Shown here in pieces: positions 41,898 to 52,792 of a DNA stretch of 64,000 nucleotides. A model generated the notes under the pieces. It saw only the letters and a list, made by a program, of their open reading frames with translations, was not told the DNA's origin and did not search any database. The stretch is taken from the NCBI GenBank assembly GCA_963976865.1, contig CAXBLY010000003.1:11154-75153 (forward strand), written 5' to 3'. A program made the translations under genes and the position numbers. The stretch is from an uncultured Gammaproteobacteria bacterium (GTDB taxonomy: Bacteria > Pseudomonadota > Gammaproteobacteria > UBA4575). Within the stretch, counting starts at the first letter, position 1, and each line of letters starts with the position of its first letter.

Positions 41898-42263
41898 CTA
41901 GAATTGAGAGGTGCGCAGCAGAACGAGTGTACAGGCCATTTCTACATCAATACCAGCTTCTTGCAATTGCTGTATGATTTTGGAATTTTCGGTACCAGGA
42001 TTGAATATAATATGGTCAGGGGAAGCCTGAATAATGTCATTGACTAGGCCCGATATAATTGATGTTCTGACATATACTGTAATCGTATCAATTTTGTCAG
42101 GATAAGAAGCCAGATTGGGATAACATTTGCTCCCGTTAATCTCATCATATTTAGGATTAATAGGCACGACAGTATGACCATTCTCGATTAACAGCATTTG
42201 AGCTTTATGTGAGTATCGGGATTTATCTTTACTTGCGCCGAGTATGGCTACTGTCTTGGACAT
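41898..42263 (-). CDS. CoA-binding domain protein (YccU-like)
   Basis: MSKTVAILGAS.....S.KA...L...G..V.P.NPK motif. Confidence 0.65.
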   Translation of the reverse strand: MSKTVAILGASKDKSRYSHKAQMLLIENGHTVVPINPKYDEINGSKCYPNLASYPDKIDTITVYVRTSIISGLVNDIIQASPDHIIFNPGTENSKIIQQLQEAGIDVEMACTLVLLRTSQF

Positions 42264-42305
42264 GGTTTTAATTTAATTTTTTGATAGTAAGTGATTAGTT
42301 AACTG

Positions 42306-42935
42306 TTATTTATCAGTGTTATTATTTGACTGGAATAGCGCCTGTAAATATATTTTGTATTGTTCCAGGTGCGCCTGAACCAGCCCAGGACAATCTGTTA
42401 CACGCTCAAGCACGTATGCACCTTCCAGTGTCACCAGAAACATTTCGGCCAGTTTTTCAGGGTCTATACTAAATCTGGGCGGGTACTTCTTTACTATTTC
42501 TTCTATTTTTTCACTCAGGCATTTGTTCCACGCTTTTATTGTATCGGTTGCGATTTTATTGAAGTGTTTGTCAATCAACTGGTTCTCATAACTATAGCTG
42601 GCAAATAAACACCCAATGTGCTTTTTATCAATTTGTTTATGTAACTCCTGAATAAGCTGAACAAATTTTATTAACTGCTGAAGAGGATCATTACTTGAAT
42701 GTATTGCCAGATCCATATTCTGTTCCAGTATGTCTATCTCCATGGAAGAGAATTTCTCAATTAAAATTTTTGCCAGATCTTTTTTACTGGAAAAGTGATA
42801 ATAAAAAGTACCTTTAGTTATTCCAGCAGCATCAATTACTTCATCAATCGACGTGCCGACTAGCCCTTGTTGCAGAGCGAGTGACATTGCAGTGTCGATG
42901 ATTCCGTTTCTGGTAATACTTCCGTCTTTAGCCAC
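42306..42935 (-). CDS. TetR/AcrR family transcriptional regulator
   Basis: N-terminal HTH (GLVGTSIDEVIDAAGITKGTFYYHFSSKKDL). Confidence 0.8.
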   Translation of the reverse strand: MAKDGSITRNGIIDTAMSLALQQGLVGTSIDEVIDAAGITKGTFYYHFSSKKDLAKILIEKFSSMEIDILEQNMDLAIHSSNDPLQQLIKFVQLIQELHKQIDKKHIGCLFASYSYENQLIDKHFNKIATDTIKAWNKCLSEKIEEIVKKYPPRFSIDPEKLAEMFLVTLEGAYVLERVTDCPGLVQAHLEQYKIYLQALFQSNNNTDK

Positions 42936-43115
42936 TACTGCTTCCTCAATCCTGATGAGTGATAAATTTGTGGATACATATTTAAATATATTAGTAACAA
43001 CTAATGTTTGTGCAAATTATTGCATACAAATCAATTGAAGCGTATAAATGAAATTATACCGACTAGTTGGTATAAATTGAATATGATTTTTTGCCCGACC
43101 TACAGGAGAATAGCG

Positions 43116-43826
43116 ATGAAAATAGTAGTCCCTGAGCTTCCAGCACAATGGAAAAATCTTGATTTTGTAAACATATTGAGTCAACCCACTGCATTCATAT
43201 CGATAAGCCAATGTAATAGCCTATACAGTCCCAAAGGCGTACAGGGAAAGGAAAAACAATGGGAACGCGGAACACTGGAAAATACAATCAAAGTTGCCAA
43301 AGCGTGCCGTAATGCAGATATGAAATTTTTCTGGATCGGTTACAACGTATTCCGTGATGATTATCCAATGACGCCATTGGACGAAGCTCAATACGGGCTT
43401 TGGAATAAAGATTTTAAGGCGAGTCAAATGACAGCCGAAGAAAAGGCATGGGATATCGCCCTGGTCGATGAACTCAAAGAAATATCGCAGCCGGAAGATC
43501 AGGAATTTCTAGAGTTTGCGCATCAAAGTTCATTTGTGGGAACCCCGTTAAAGTTAATGCTTGAACGCGCGGGCATTAAGACCATTATCCTTTGTGGAAT
43601 TCATCTGGACTGGTGCATCGAAGGAAATGCACGTGCTGCGAGAGATGATGGTTTCATGCCAATTGTTGTAGGTGATGCATGTTCATGTGCAGATCAAAAA
43701 AATGATACTGCAACAATGGAAAGAATTAATAATATTGTCTGTCCAGTACTGTCAGCAGACCAGATTGTTGAAATGATAAATCAGGGACAAGGCAATACAT
43801 CACTGAAGCAGGCATGTGCCGGGTAG
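43116..43826 (+). CDS. Isochorismatase-family (cysteine) hydrolase
   Basis: AGGAGA RBS before MKIVVPE. Catalytic-region motif ILCGIHLDWCIEG. Confidence 0.65.
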   Translation: MKIVVPELPAQWKNLDFVNILSQPTAFISISQCNSLYSPKGVQGKEKQWERGTLENTIKVAKACRNADMKFFWIGYNVFRDDYPMTPLDEAQYGLWNKDFKASQMTAEEKAWDIALVDELKEISQPEDQEFLEFAHQSSFVGTPLKLMLERAGIKTIILCGIHLDWCIEGNARAARDDGFMPIVVGDACSCADQKNDTATMERINNIVCPVLSADQIVEMINQGQGNTSLKQACAG

Positions 43827-43874
43827 GCAACTGAATACGCATACATGAATGAATCCCTGATAGTAAATTTGCAT

Positions 43875-43912
43875 AATGCTTTTGCGTAAATATAAAGCGC
43901 AAAAGCATTTTC
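43875..43912 (+). terminator. Rho-independent terminator after the isochorismatase-family gene
   Basis: AATGCTTTTGCG - 10-nt loop - CGCAAAAGCATT, followed by TTT. Confidence 0.75.
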
Positions 43913-44314
43913 TGTAAAATCAGATAATGCCTTTGTTCAACGTAAATGACAGTCAAGAGCTGAGTAGCGTTATTTGATTTTTTGTCATCAGACAAGGTTC
44001 GTTGTCAGCACTGCTATCCTGTGCCTGCAGACGACAGTGTATTGAGGATAAAGTCTTACTTGATGTGCCAGACATTCCAGACAATAAACTGTCTTAATGC
44101 CTCATATTAAATTGATGCGATGGCAGGCACACACTTGATAATGGCAGATAAAATCCAGCCACGTTTGAATAAGCTGGCAGGATCATCTGGACATTTCCTA
44201 TCGATAGCGATAACTTGCCAGTACATAAAGAAGTAATAGTGCTATTTATGTGTAATTGGTTAGATATACCAGGATTTTCCATACCTGTTTATCATACGCA
44301 GAGTTAATATAATT

Positions 44315-44956
44315 ATGTCCGCCAGATCTCAAAACATTCGTGTTAACAGTATTAATACAAGAAAAAGAATTCTTGATATTGCTCAAATGATGATACTGGA
44401 ATATGGCTACTCTGGTGCTTCGATAGACCTGATTATAGAGAAGGCCTCAATTACGAAAAGTGGATTTTTCTATCATTTTGAAAGCAAAAGAGATTTGGCG
44501 ATAAGCCTTCTTGTCAGTTTTCTCGAAGAGAACAAAATGATTGCCGAACAATTTTTGTTGACGGTGAGAAAGGAAACTGATGATCCACTCAAACAATTAT
44601 TACGCTATATAGAATTATATGCCGAGTTGGCAAATGAGTTGCCGTCAGGACATCCCGGCTGTCTGGTTGCGGCCTATATCTATGAGTCAAGACAGTTTGA
44701 TGATGAGATTCATGAAATTGCACGCAAAGGTATGCAGGATTGGGAGAAAATACTGGAAGGACTGATATATAAAACTAAAAATGAGTATCCGGCAGTAGTA
44801 GGCGTGGATGCTGAAGACCTTTCCAGTATGTTTACAGGAGTATTTGAAGGTGGAATTATTCTTTCCAAGCTGGTGAGAGATCCAAAGAAATTGGGCGCCC
44901 AGGTCATGCATTACCGTAGATATCTGCAACTCATTTTTCAGGAAAGTGTCGGCTAA
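44315..44956 (+). CDS. TetR/AcrR family transcriptional regulator, paralogue of 42306..42935
   Basis: HTH (GYSGASIDLIIEKASITKSGFFYHFESKRDL). Shared C-terminal H.GCL.A.Y.YE motif. Confidence 0.8.
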   Translation: MSARSQNIRVNSINTRKRILDIAQMMILEYGYSGASIDLIIEKASITKSGFFYHFESKRDLAISLLVSFLEENKMIAEQFLLTVRKETDDPLKQLLRYIELYAELANELPSGHPGCLVAAYIYESRQFDDEIHEIARKGMQDWEKILEGLIYKTKNEYPAVVGVDAEDLSSMFTGVFEGGIILSKLVRDPKKLGAQVMHYRRYLQLIFQESVG

Positions 44957-45156
44957 AATTCATTTGTTAATTTGCCATATTTGATAATTGATCACTGAAA
45001 CTCACATCTTCAGTCTGAGAGGCAATGTGTTTTATTTGTACTCAAAGTACTAAAAACTGATCACAGCATATATCTGCAGGATTCACTGACTTATAATTTC
45101 AACACAGTCGTTAACCCCATGAAAATATTTAATAAATAAATCCAAGGAGAATATTT

Positions 45157-45420
45157 ATGGCTACTTATGCAGTGAACCGCAACCTCAAAGGTATATCAAT
45201 GGAAGATTTGGGGAAAGCGCAAAAAGCAGCAATAGCATCAAGTGAGGAATCTACAAAAAATGGTGTCGCTGTTAAATACATTCGAAGCAATTTTTATCCG
45301 GACGATGGGCAATGCACTTGCCTGTTTGAAGCTGGTAGTGCTGATGATGTAAAGGCAGTTAATCAGAAAGCTTCCTTGCCGTTTGATAAAATAAAAGAGG
45401 TGTTAGACCTTAATCCATAG
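45157..45420 (+). CDS. DUF4242 family small protein
   Basis: 87 aa. AAGGAGAA RBS. Pattern ...VKYIRSNFYPDDGQCTCLFEA.SADDVKAV typical of DUF4242. Confidence 0.55.
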   Translation: MATYAVNRNLKGISMEDLGKAQKAAIASSEESTKNGVAVKYIRSNFYPDDGQCTCLFEAGSADDVKAVNQKASLPFDKIKEVLDLNP

Positions 45421-45526
45421 CATGTACTTTTATGTCGGATCTGGGAATATCTGCTTCTAAAGTAAAGACTGAAGTAGCAGCTTTATTTTCAAATTTGGTC
45501 ATACCACGTGTCATGGAGCGTAGACA

Positions 45527-45967
45527 GTGATGAGTCAAACGGATAGTAGAAGAGATGTTACTAGTGTAGTAGATCGTGAGACAGAATCATTTATTAAAAA
45601 AGATGTAGATTTGTACTTGAGTACTATCCACCCGGATATGGTCTGGGTCTGGCCACCCAGCACAACATCACATGACCCTATTGATTGGGTCATGCCTCTG
45701 GGCAGATTTGATCGGGAACGGTGGGGCGATTATTTTAAATCCTTTTTTGCCAAATACGAACTTATCTATAACGATAGAAATATAAAGCGAATAGATATCA
45801 CAGCACAAAATGACGGCGCCTTTGCGGTTGTAGATGTCGATACACGCTGGAAGTCAAGTAGTGGGGATGAGCTTCATTGGCTGGGGCGCATAGGAAAGAC
45901 ATATACTCTTAAGAACAACAGATGGATGATGATTGCCCAGTTTGGTCCTGTCGAACTGACGCTCTAG
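45527..45967 (+). CDS. SnoaL-like/NTF2-fold protein (DUF4440-like)
   Basis: 146-aa ORF with an NTF2-like pattern. Family call made from sequence alone. Confidence 0.45.
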   Translation: MMSQTDSRRDVTSVVDRETESFIKKDVDLYLSTIHPDMVWVWPPSTTSHDPIDWVMPLGRFDRERWGDYFKSFFAKYELIYNDRNIKRIDITAQNDGAFAVVDVDTRWKSSSGDELHWLGRIGKTYTLKNNRWMMIAQFGPVELTL

Positions 45968-46262
45968 TTATCTGCACATCACTCAGTAAACACACAGTCT
46001 CCGGCGAATCGTCTTTTCAGTCGTAATGATTCTGTGTTTACTGTCGGGATGTGAATTACTGAATAGTGAACGGTGAGATAACAGCAGATTCATCATAATA
46101 TAAATGATGTCATGTACCCATATACCTATCTAGACATTCTTTGCTGATAAAGTTAACTTGTCGAGGCTGGCATTGGTCGCGCATGACTGTCGTGCTAATG
46201 AGTGCAAGCAGGAAATAATAGTTAGGAAATTCCTCTGAATAACATTTATATGGAGTAACAGA

Positions 46263-46871
46263 ATGAAAATCGGGATTATTAGTGGAAGCCATCGCAGTCC
46301 TTCACAGAGTGAAAAGGTGGCAAAATACATGGACAAGTGCTTAAGTGACGCAGGGGTAGATACCTGGGTTTATCTGTTAGCCAATAATCCCTTGCCACTT
46401 TGGGACCAATCTATCTGGGAGGGAAATGAGGCGTGGACTAAACGTCTGGATCCACTTAAAAAGGAACTGGGTGAATGTGATGGGTTTATCGTGATTTCAC
46501 CAGAATGGCATGGGCAGGTGCCTTCCGGTTTGAAAAACTTTTTTCTTTTGTTTAGTCAGGCAGAATTAGGGCATAAGCCTGCATTACTTGTCGCTGTTTC
46601 ATCCGGTGACGGTGGTGCGTATCCAATTGCTGAACTACGTATGAGCAGCTATAAGAATAATCGAATTTGTTATATCCCCGAGCATTTAATTGTACGCAAG
46701 GTGGAAAAAATCTTAAATGAGCGCACAGATGACAATGACGAAAGCTCGGATGCTTACTATCGTGAGCGTATTAACTGGGCGTTAAAAATATTACTGGGTT
46801 ACACTACAGCGCTGAAGCCCATGCGCGATACCACACAGCTCACTCACGACAAATTTGGTTTTGGCATGTAA
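46263..46871 (+). CDS. NAD(P)H-dependent FMN reductase-family flavoprotein
   Basis: MKIGIISGSHRSPSQS N-terminus and FIVISPEWHGQVPSGLKNF motif. Confidence 0.7.
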   Translation: MKIGIISGSHRSPSQSEKVAKYMDKCLSDAGVDTWVYLLANNPLPLWDQSIWEGNEAWTKRLDPLKKELGECDGFIVISPEWHGQVPSGLKNFFLLFSQAELGHKPALLVAVSSGDGGAYPIAELRMSSYKNNRICYIPEHLIVRKVEKILNERTDDNDESSDAYYRERINWALKILLGYTTALKPMRDTTQLTHDKFGFGM

Positions 46872-46949
46872 AAGGGAGTGTGTTTATTCTCCCGCCAGTT
46901 GGGTAACTTATGCGGGCGTACAGCCTGAAATTATGTACGGCTTATGTTT

Positions 46950-47438
46950 TTAGTCTTCTGCCGTCGTGTCTGCTTCTATTGCCATTAGAAGTTTAAATAA
47001 GGATTTAAACGACTGAACCATTTCAGACGCATTCATCATTTCAAATTCTGACTGATTGAATTCCGGATTTTTTGAAGCATTCTTCCAGTTCATATATGTC
47101 TGTGGATTCATGAAAATAACCATCATGTTCATATATTTAACTGGATCACTCAGGCTTTTGAGTACGGTTTTCATCTGCTCAGGGTGAGTCGCGCATTCCA
47201 GTATTGAATTCACTGTGGCAGGATTGTTTACGGATTTTACCAGTTGCATGAATCTAACAGGGTCAGACATGGTGTTGGCCATTGCTTCAGGATCGTATAA
47301 TTCTACTGGCGCATTACACTCGGACATATAGCTTTCCATGTCGTCCTCGATGTCCTGTTCTGAATTTCCAAACGCAGGCGAAAAGCTTATCGCTAAAGTG
47401 GATAAGGTAATAAGTAAAACTGACCTGGATAAGTTCAT
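46950..47438 (-). CDS. Secreted methionine-rich protein (hypothetical). About 10% Met.
   Basis: Signal peptide. Recurrent Met-containing motifs (DDMESYM, MANTM, VKYMNMMVIFMNPQTYMNW, FEMMNASEM). Confidence 0.5.
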   Translation of the reverse strand: MNLSRSVLLITLSTLAISFSPAFGNSEQDIEDDMESYMSECNAPVELYDPEAMANTMSDPVRFMQLVKSVNNPATVNSILECATHPEQMKTVLKSLSDPVKYMNMMVIFMNPQTYMNWKNASKNPEFNQSEFEMMNASEMVQSFKSLFKLLMAIEADTTAED

Positions 47439-47673
47439 AGTATCTCTTGGGCTTGTACAATATTAATCGGTATTATTTAGATCATCGTATCTGGCTTTAA
47501 AGCCGGAACAGAACCCCTGTGATTTTATAATAATTCGTTTATTAAGAAGTGAATTCATCACCTCTTGCTCATGGTGCTATTATTAATTTGAGTACTCGCT
47601 TTGTACATGATATGCATATAAATTGACAATGAAATTTTCTCAGAATAAAACAACGGTAATATTAAGGGATATT

Positions 47674-48792
47674 ATGAAGATTGGCGTGCCAAGGGAAATC
47701 AAGAATCAGGAACACCGTGTTGGCCTGACACCGGCCTCAGTTAAAGAGTATGTTTTACGCGGTCATGAAGTATATGTGGAAACAAATGCAGGCGTTGGCA
47801 TAGGTGCTAATGATGAGTGTTTTCGGGCCGCTGGTGCGGCTATTGAAAATAAGGCATGCGATATTTTTGCCAAGGCAGAGATGATCGTAAAAGTGAAAGA
47901 GCCTCAGTCTTCTGAGTATGAACTGTTGCGGGAAGGGCAAATTCTTTACGCATATTTGCATCTGGCACCTGATTCCAGGCAGACCTGTGGGCTTCTAAAA
48001 TCAGGCTGTACTGCTATCGCTTATGAAACCGTAACAGATGGATCTGGTAAGTTGCCACTTCTGGCGCCTATGTCAGAAGTAGCAGGCAGGTTATCTATAC
48101 AGGCAGCTGCCCATTGTTTAGAGAAGCATAACGGAGGTCAGGGGTTACTACTTGCAGGAGTGCCAGGCGTACCTCCCGCCAGAGTGGTTGTCATCGGTGG
48201 AGGTGTGGTTGGCACCAATGCAGCAAAAATTGCACTGGGTATGGGTGCCGAAGTATCGATTCTGGACCGTTCTCTAAGTCGGTTGCGAGAACTTGATGAT
48301 TTGTTTAAAGGTAGAATTAGAAGCCTGTACTCTACCAAAGACACTCTGGAATCAGAAGTCAGGGAATCGGATGTAGTGATTGGTAGTGTTTTGATACCAG
48401 GTGCATCAGCGCCAAAGCTGGTGACGCGTGAAATGCTAAGTACAATGAAACAGGGGGCAGTACTGGTCGATGTTGCAATTGACCAGGGAGGGTGTTTTGA
48501 AACTTCCAAGGCAACGACACATGATAATCCCACTTATATTATTGATGGGATTGTGCATTACTGTGTGACTAATATGCCAAGCGCCGTGCCTAAGACTTCC
48601 TGTCATGCTCTGAATAACGCTACATTAAGACATGGCCTGTCACTTGCTGAGCATGGTTTGCAGGCTTTATGTGATCCGCATTTAAGAGCAGGTTTAAATA
48701 TTTATGCCGGCAAAATAACAAACGAGCATGTCGCTAAAAGTCTGGACATGGAATACCACGATCCGGATAAACTGCTTGCGGGTAAAATATAA
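47674..48792 (+). CDS. ald: Alanine dehydrogenase
   Basis: MKIGVPREIKNQEHRVGLTP N-terminus. Rossmann VVVIGGGVVGTNAAKIALGMGAEV. 372 aa from the internal ATG. Confidence 0.85.
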   Translation: MKIGVPREIKNQEHRVGLTPASVKEYVLRGHEVYVETNAGVGIGANDECFRAAGAAIENKACDIFAKAEMIVKVKEPQSSEYELLREGQILYAYLHLAPDSRQTCGLLKSGCTAIAYETVTDGSGKLPLLAPMSEVAGRLSIQAAAHCLEKHNGGQGLLLAGVPGVPPARVVVIGGGVVGTNAAKIALGMGAEVSILDRSLSRLRELDDLFKGRIRSLYSTKDTLESEVRESDVVIGSVLIPGASAPKLVTREMLSTMKQGAVLVDVAIDQGGCFETSKATTHDNPTYIIDGIVHYCVTNMPSAVPKTSCHALNNATLRHGLSLAEHGLQALCDPHLRAGLNIYAGKITNEHVAKSLDMEYHDPDKLLAGKI

Positions 48793-48961
48793 ACCATAAC
48801 TTCATGTCTGGTTTTAAGCGTTTCATTTTTAATGCCTCTATGGAAAAAGTGCTGTTTCTGTAAACAATATGCTGTTTTATCAAGGCATTTATAACAATAA
48901 GTCTTGTCATTAATAGCGCCCAATGTACAATTGTTTGTCTACTGAATTTAGGAGGTGTGCT

Positions 48962-49348
48962 TTGAATACTAAAAATCTGGGTAAAACAATTGGAATCCAT
49001 TTTTTGTTAGTGATTTTTATATATGGTGCAGTACTAAGTCCTGCATTGTCTGCCATTGTTTCTTCAGACGAATTACTTTCCAGTTATCAGGCCACTGAGA
49101 AAAGAACCGAATTAGCCCAGTTGTTTGATCGTGCAGATGTACAACAGGAACTTACCAAGCGCGGAGTAGATCCTGCCTTGGCAAAATCACGTATTGTTGG
49201 TATGACTGATGCAGAAATATCAAAACTCACTCAGGACCTTGAAAAACTTCCTGCAGGCCAGGGTGTTTTAGGGGTTATCGTACTAGTGCTCGTAATTTTA
49301 TTGCTAACTGAGATTCTTGGTTATACTGACGTTTCTGACAAAGTCTAG
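48962..49348 (+). CDS. PA2779 family protein
   Basis: TTG start 6 nt after GGAGG. Signal/TM, then a conserved ELTKRGVDPALAKSRIVGMTDAEI...LPAGQG motif and a C-terminal TM. Confidence 0.6.
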   Translation: MNTKNLGKTIGIHFLLVIFIYGAVLSPALSAIVSSDELLSSYQATEKRTELAQLFDRADVQQELTKRGVDPALAKSRIVGMTDAEISKLTQDLEKLPAGQGVLGVIVLVLVILLLTEILGYTDVSDKV

Positions 49349-50309
49349 CGTTGCTGGAAAACGATTACACACTCGTTTTCTGGTATTAATATTAATTCTT
49401 GTAACACTGGCTGGTTGCGCGTCTACTTCTCCTGAGCTTGCTGTGATTTATCAGCAAGCGTCGGGGGATTTTGATCGTGACCATTTAATTGACCCAGTCG
49501 CTTTCTATCCTCAGAAACGTTACCAGTGTGGTCCAGCGGCATTAGCAACAATTTTAATCCACAGTGGCATACCTGCCACACCTGATTCGCTTGTTCATAG
49601 TGTATATATTCCTGATCTTAAGGGTAGTTTGCAGGTTGAAATGCTGGTGGCTACTCGACAACATAAACGTCTTGCCTACGAATTAGACCCTACACTAGAA
49701 TCTCTTTTTCAGGAAATAAACTCGAACGTTCCTGTGCTGGTGTTGCAAAATCTTGGATTTGAATTTTGGCCCAGATGGCATTATGCAGTTGTTGTAGGCT
49801 ACGATTTAACAAAACGCACAATTACATTACATTCAGGAACAACAAAAAACTATACAATGAAGTTAGTTACGTTTGAACGTACATGGAAGCGGGCAGACAA
49901 CTGGGCAATGCTTGCAGTAGCGCCAGGCGTAACTACGAAGAGTATGAATGAAGATGAGTATTTTATTTCCGCTGTGGCGTTTGAAAAAGTAAACCAGCCG
50001 CAAGTAGTGGAAAAAGTGTATCTGGCTGGAGTGAAGCGTTGGCCCAGTGCGCTTTTACTTAAAACAGCTTATGCGAATTTTTTGTATCATCAAAATCGCC
50101 TGGATGAATCAGCAGAACAATATCAGGCGATACTGAATATCCATCCGGATGATGCAACAGTACACAATAATCTGGCCCAGGTATTAATGGAAATGGGGCA
50201 AATGGATCTTGCTGAACGTCATGCGTCTATAGCTGTTGAATTGGGTGGTCAGTACGCTGATCGATACAGCCAAACACTCAATGAAATAAGATCGCTCAGG
50301 CAAAAGTAA
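49317..50309 (+). CDS. PA2778 family C39-like cysteine peptidase lipoprotein with C-terminal TPR-like repeats
   Basis: Lipobox LAGC. QCGPAALATIL cysteine-peptidase motif. C-terminal repeats. Start uncertain (overlaps the upstream gene). Confidence 0.65.
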   Translation: MVILTFLTKSSVAGKRLHTRFLVLILILVTLAGCASTSPELAVIYQQASGDFDRDHLIDPVAFYPQKRYQCGPAALATILIHSGIPATPDSLVHSVYIPDLKGSLQVEMLVATRQHKRLAYELDPTLESLFQEINSNVPVLVLQNLGFEFWPRWHYAVVVGYDLTKRTITLHSGTTKNYTMKLVTFERTWKRADNWAMLAVAPGVTTKSMNEDEYFISAVAFEKVNQPQVVEKVYLAGVKRWPSALLLKTAYANFLYHQNRLDESAEQYQAILNIHPDDATVHNNLAQVLMEMGQMDLAERHASIAVELGGQYADRYSQTLNEIRSLRQK

Positions 50310-50412
50310 ATTCCCCAATTATTCATTTCTTCAGTCTGTAACAGTAAAGTAAAAATAGCCGATTACTCTGATTATAAACACGCAGCTTTATGTGTATCTC
50401 ATGACTATAAAG

Positions 50413-52245
50413 TTATAACTGATATATTAGCGGTAGAATCAGAGAATAGCTAAGCCACATGATTAAAGTCAGGGGCGTTCCCACCTTGACGAAATCCATA
50501 AACTTATATCCACCAGCACTCATGACAAGCAGGTTGGTTTTATAGGCCATCGGAGTGATGTAACTCATGTTTGCGCCAAACAGAACAGCAAGTATGAAAG
50601 GCGCTGCTGGTTGCGCAAGTTGCTCAGCTATGCTGATGGCCACTGGCGTCCCAATGACGGCGGCTGCATTATTGGACACTATATTCGTCAATATCGCCAT
50701 CAATAGCATTAGTCCGCTTAAAATAACTGGTGCGCTGGCACCATCAGTGAAAAATAGAAAAACACTTGCAAGATATTGTGTTGCGCCAGTGGCAAATAGT
50801 GCTGAACCTATTGCTAAACTTGCGACAACAATAAGTACAATAGGGGTGCTTAAGGCATTGGTGGCATCCTGCCAGTTTAGACACCCCGTAATAACCAGTA
50901 ACAAAACTCCGCACACAGCACTGATAGCTATGGGCAATATCCCTAGTGCAGCTACAGTAACAATGGCAATCATAATCCATAATGCTAATGGCGCTTTCGC
51001 GGTATGAGGTAAATCCTCAGTGGAGTCAAGCACCAGTAGCTCACCGCTTCTTTTTAATTTACTGATTGTTTCAGCTGCACCCTGGACTAATATAATATCT
51101 CCTGTGCGAAGCCAGATTTCATTGATAGATGAGTTAACATGATTAATCGATTTGCGAACATTGTGTAATGCCAATGGGAAGAGCTGATAGCGATCATGGA
51201 AACGAATGCGTGAAAGTGTAGACCCCTCCAGATGTGATCCCTGAGAGACGACAATTTCTGCAAGTTGCTGGTCTGAGCTGTTATCCTGTTCCTGATTGTT
51301 GATAATGGCATTATGTTCGGGGTCAATAACAGCATCAAGCACTTCTTCATATTCTTTAAGCTGTTTGGGAGTATCGCGAACATATAAACAGTCGTGTGCT
51401 TTTATTGTCACATCAGGTAGCAAAGTAATAAATGTATTATCACCTCGCTGAATTTTTTCAATCTTTATCGCATCAGAAGTAAGCTTAATCAATTCGGCTA
51501 AAGATTTGCCGATCACTTTACTTTCTTCTGGAATACGTAATTGAGCAAGAAATACACGTGGAGAACTATCAGATAATGGCGATTCTCTTTCAGAGAGTAT
51601 TAGTGGTGCGATTAACCATAAGTAGATTATTCCTATAACTGACGCAATGCTTGCAGGCAGTATAAAATCAAACATTGTGAATCTTTCAATGCCCATATCT
51701 GCGGCAACTGAGACTACAAGTAAATTGGTTGAGGTACCGATAGTCGTACCCATCCCTCCAATCAGGGTGGCGAAGCCCATAGGCATCAATAACTTTGACG
51801 GTGGACGATTATTTCGTATCGAGACACTGACTAAAATTGGCAACAGTAATACAACAACAGGTGTATTGTTGATAAAGGCGCTCAAAATAGCGCCTATGAT
51901 TAAAGTCAGGAGTAGGGATAAGACCGGACTGATTCGCCATATTTTAGCCAGTGAGCGCCCAATAGGTTCAAGCGCTCCTGTACGCACTAAGGCGTGTCCC
52001 GCAATCATTAACGCGCATACTGCAATTAAGGCCTCATGCCCAAATCCGGTGAATAATTCGATTGAATTAAAGTCACGACCTCCAGTCTGGTATGGGAAAA
52101 TTTCAAACGCTACCGCGAGGACAGCAATAACCAGTAAGCTGGATGTCTCAAGAGGAATGCTTTCACGGGTAAAAAGGAACAAGGCAACAATCGTTAATAT
52201 AAGGATGCCGAGTGCATGCGGATCTGGGCTTGGCGGAAATGGCAT
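50413..52245 (-). CDS. SLC13/DASS-family anion permease with two central TrkA-C (RCK_C) domains
   Basis: 610 aa with two TM bundles and a cytoplasmic RCK_C pair between them. Confidence 0.7.
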   Translation of the reverse strand: MPFPPSPDPHALGILILTIVALFLFTRESIPLETSSLLVIAVLAVAFEIFPYQTGGRDFNSIELFTGFGHEALIAVCALMIAGHALVRTGALEPIGRSLAKIWRISPVLSLLLTLIIGAILSAFINNTPVVVLLLPILVSVSIRNNRPPSKLLMPMGFATLIGGMGTTIGTSTNLLVVSVAADMGIERFTMFDFILPASIASVIGIIYLWLIAPLILSERESPLSDSSPRVFLAQLRIPEESKVIGKSLAELIKLTSDAIKIEKIQRGDNTFITLLPDVTIKAHDCLYVRDTPKQLKEYEEVLDAVIDPEHNAIINNQEQDNSSDQQLAEIVVSQGSHLEGSTLSRIRFHDRYQLFPLALHNVRKSINHVNSSINEIWLRTGDIILVQGAAETISKLKRSGELLVLDSTEDLPHTAKAPLALWIMIAIVTVAALGILPIAISAVCGVLLLVITGCLNWQDATNALSTPIVLIVVASLAIGSALFATGATQYLASVFLFFTDGASAPVILSGLMLLMAILTNIVSNNAAAVIGTPVAISIAEQLAQPAAPFILAVLFGANMSYITPMAYKTNLLVMSAGGYKFMDFVKVGTPLTLIMWLSYSLILPLIYQL

Positions 52246-52792
52246 ATTGGTTGTATTACTCTTTGTATTTCAATGAAATTTTGTACGTATCAGTTATTTA
52301 TAATTTGAAATAAATATGAACTATATAGGAAAAAACATTATGAAATTCTTTTTATTTAATAAATATATGTTCTGCTATTAGTAATCTCTCCTGATGCTAT
52401 ATTCTGACATATTCAGGGCATAACCAGATTTTATATGCACAGTCAGATGGAAGTCGTATATGTACATAATGAATGGGTAAGTGGCTGGTCTTGCAGTTAG
52501 TCATAGAACAAGCTGCATCTTTCATAAATTCAACATCTATCTATGGCCTGATAACGATTTCATAGGTGACAATATTGATTATAACTACAGGTGTAAATTT
52601 CGACGAGTATTTGACATAAAGTCTACTAATATGATTTATACCTGTTATGCAGGGATAATATTATATGCTATCCCTGCTAGTGTGTACTCTGTATTTACGG
52701 TATATTTTTAACAATGGATTGATTAATCGGAGTGGGAAGAAATACATGCGCATAGCCCGAAACTGACATTATAAATCACCGGAATTGTCATT

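Noticed and set aside
52246-52792. 550-bp AT-rich intergenic region with a GCAGGGATA/TATCCCTGC inverted repeat, examined for a tRNA or integration site
   Set aside because: No tRNA-like T-arm (GTTCGAATC) or direct repeats. Treated as a divergent promoter region.
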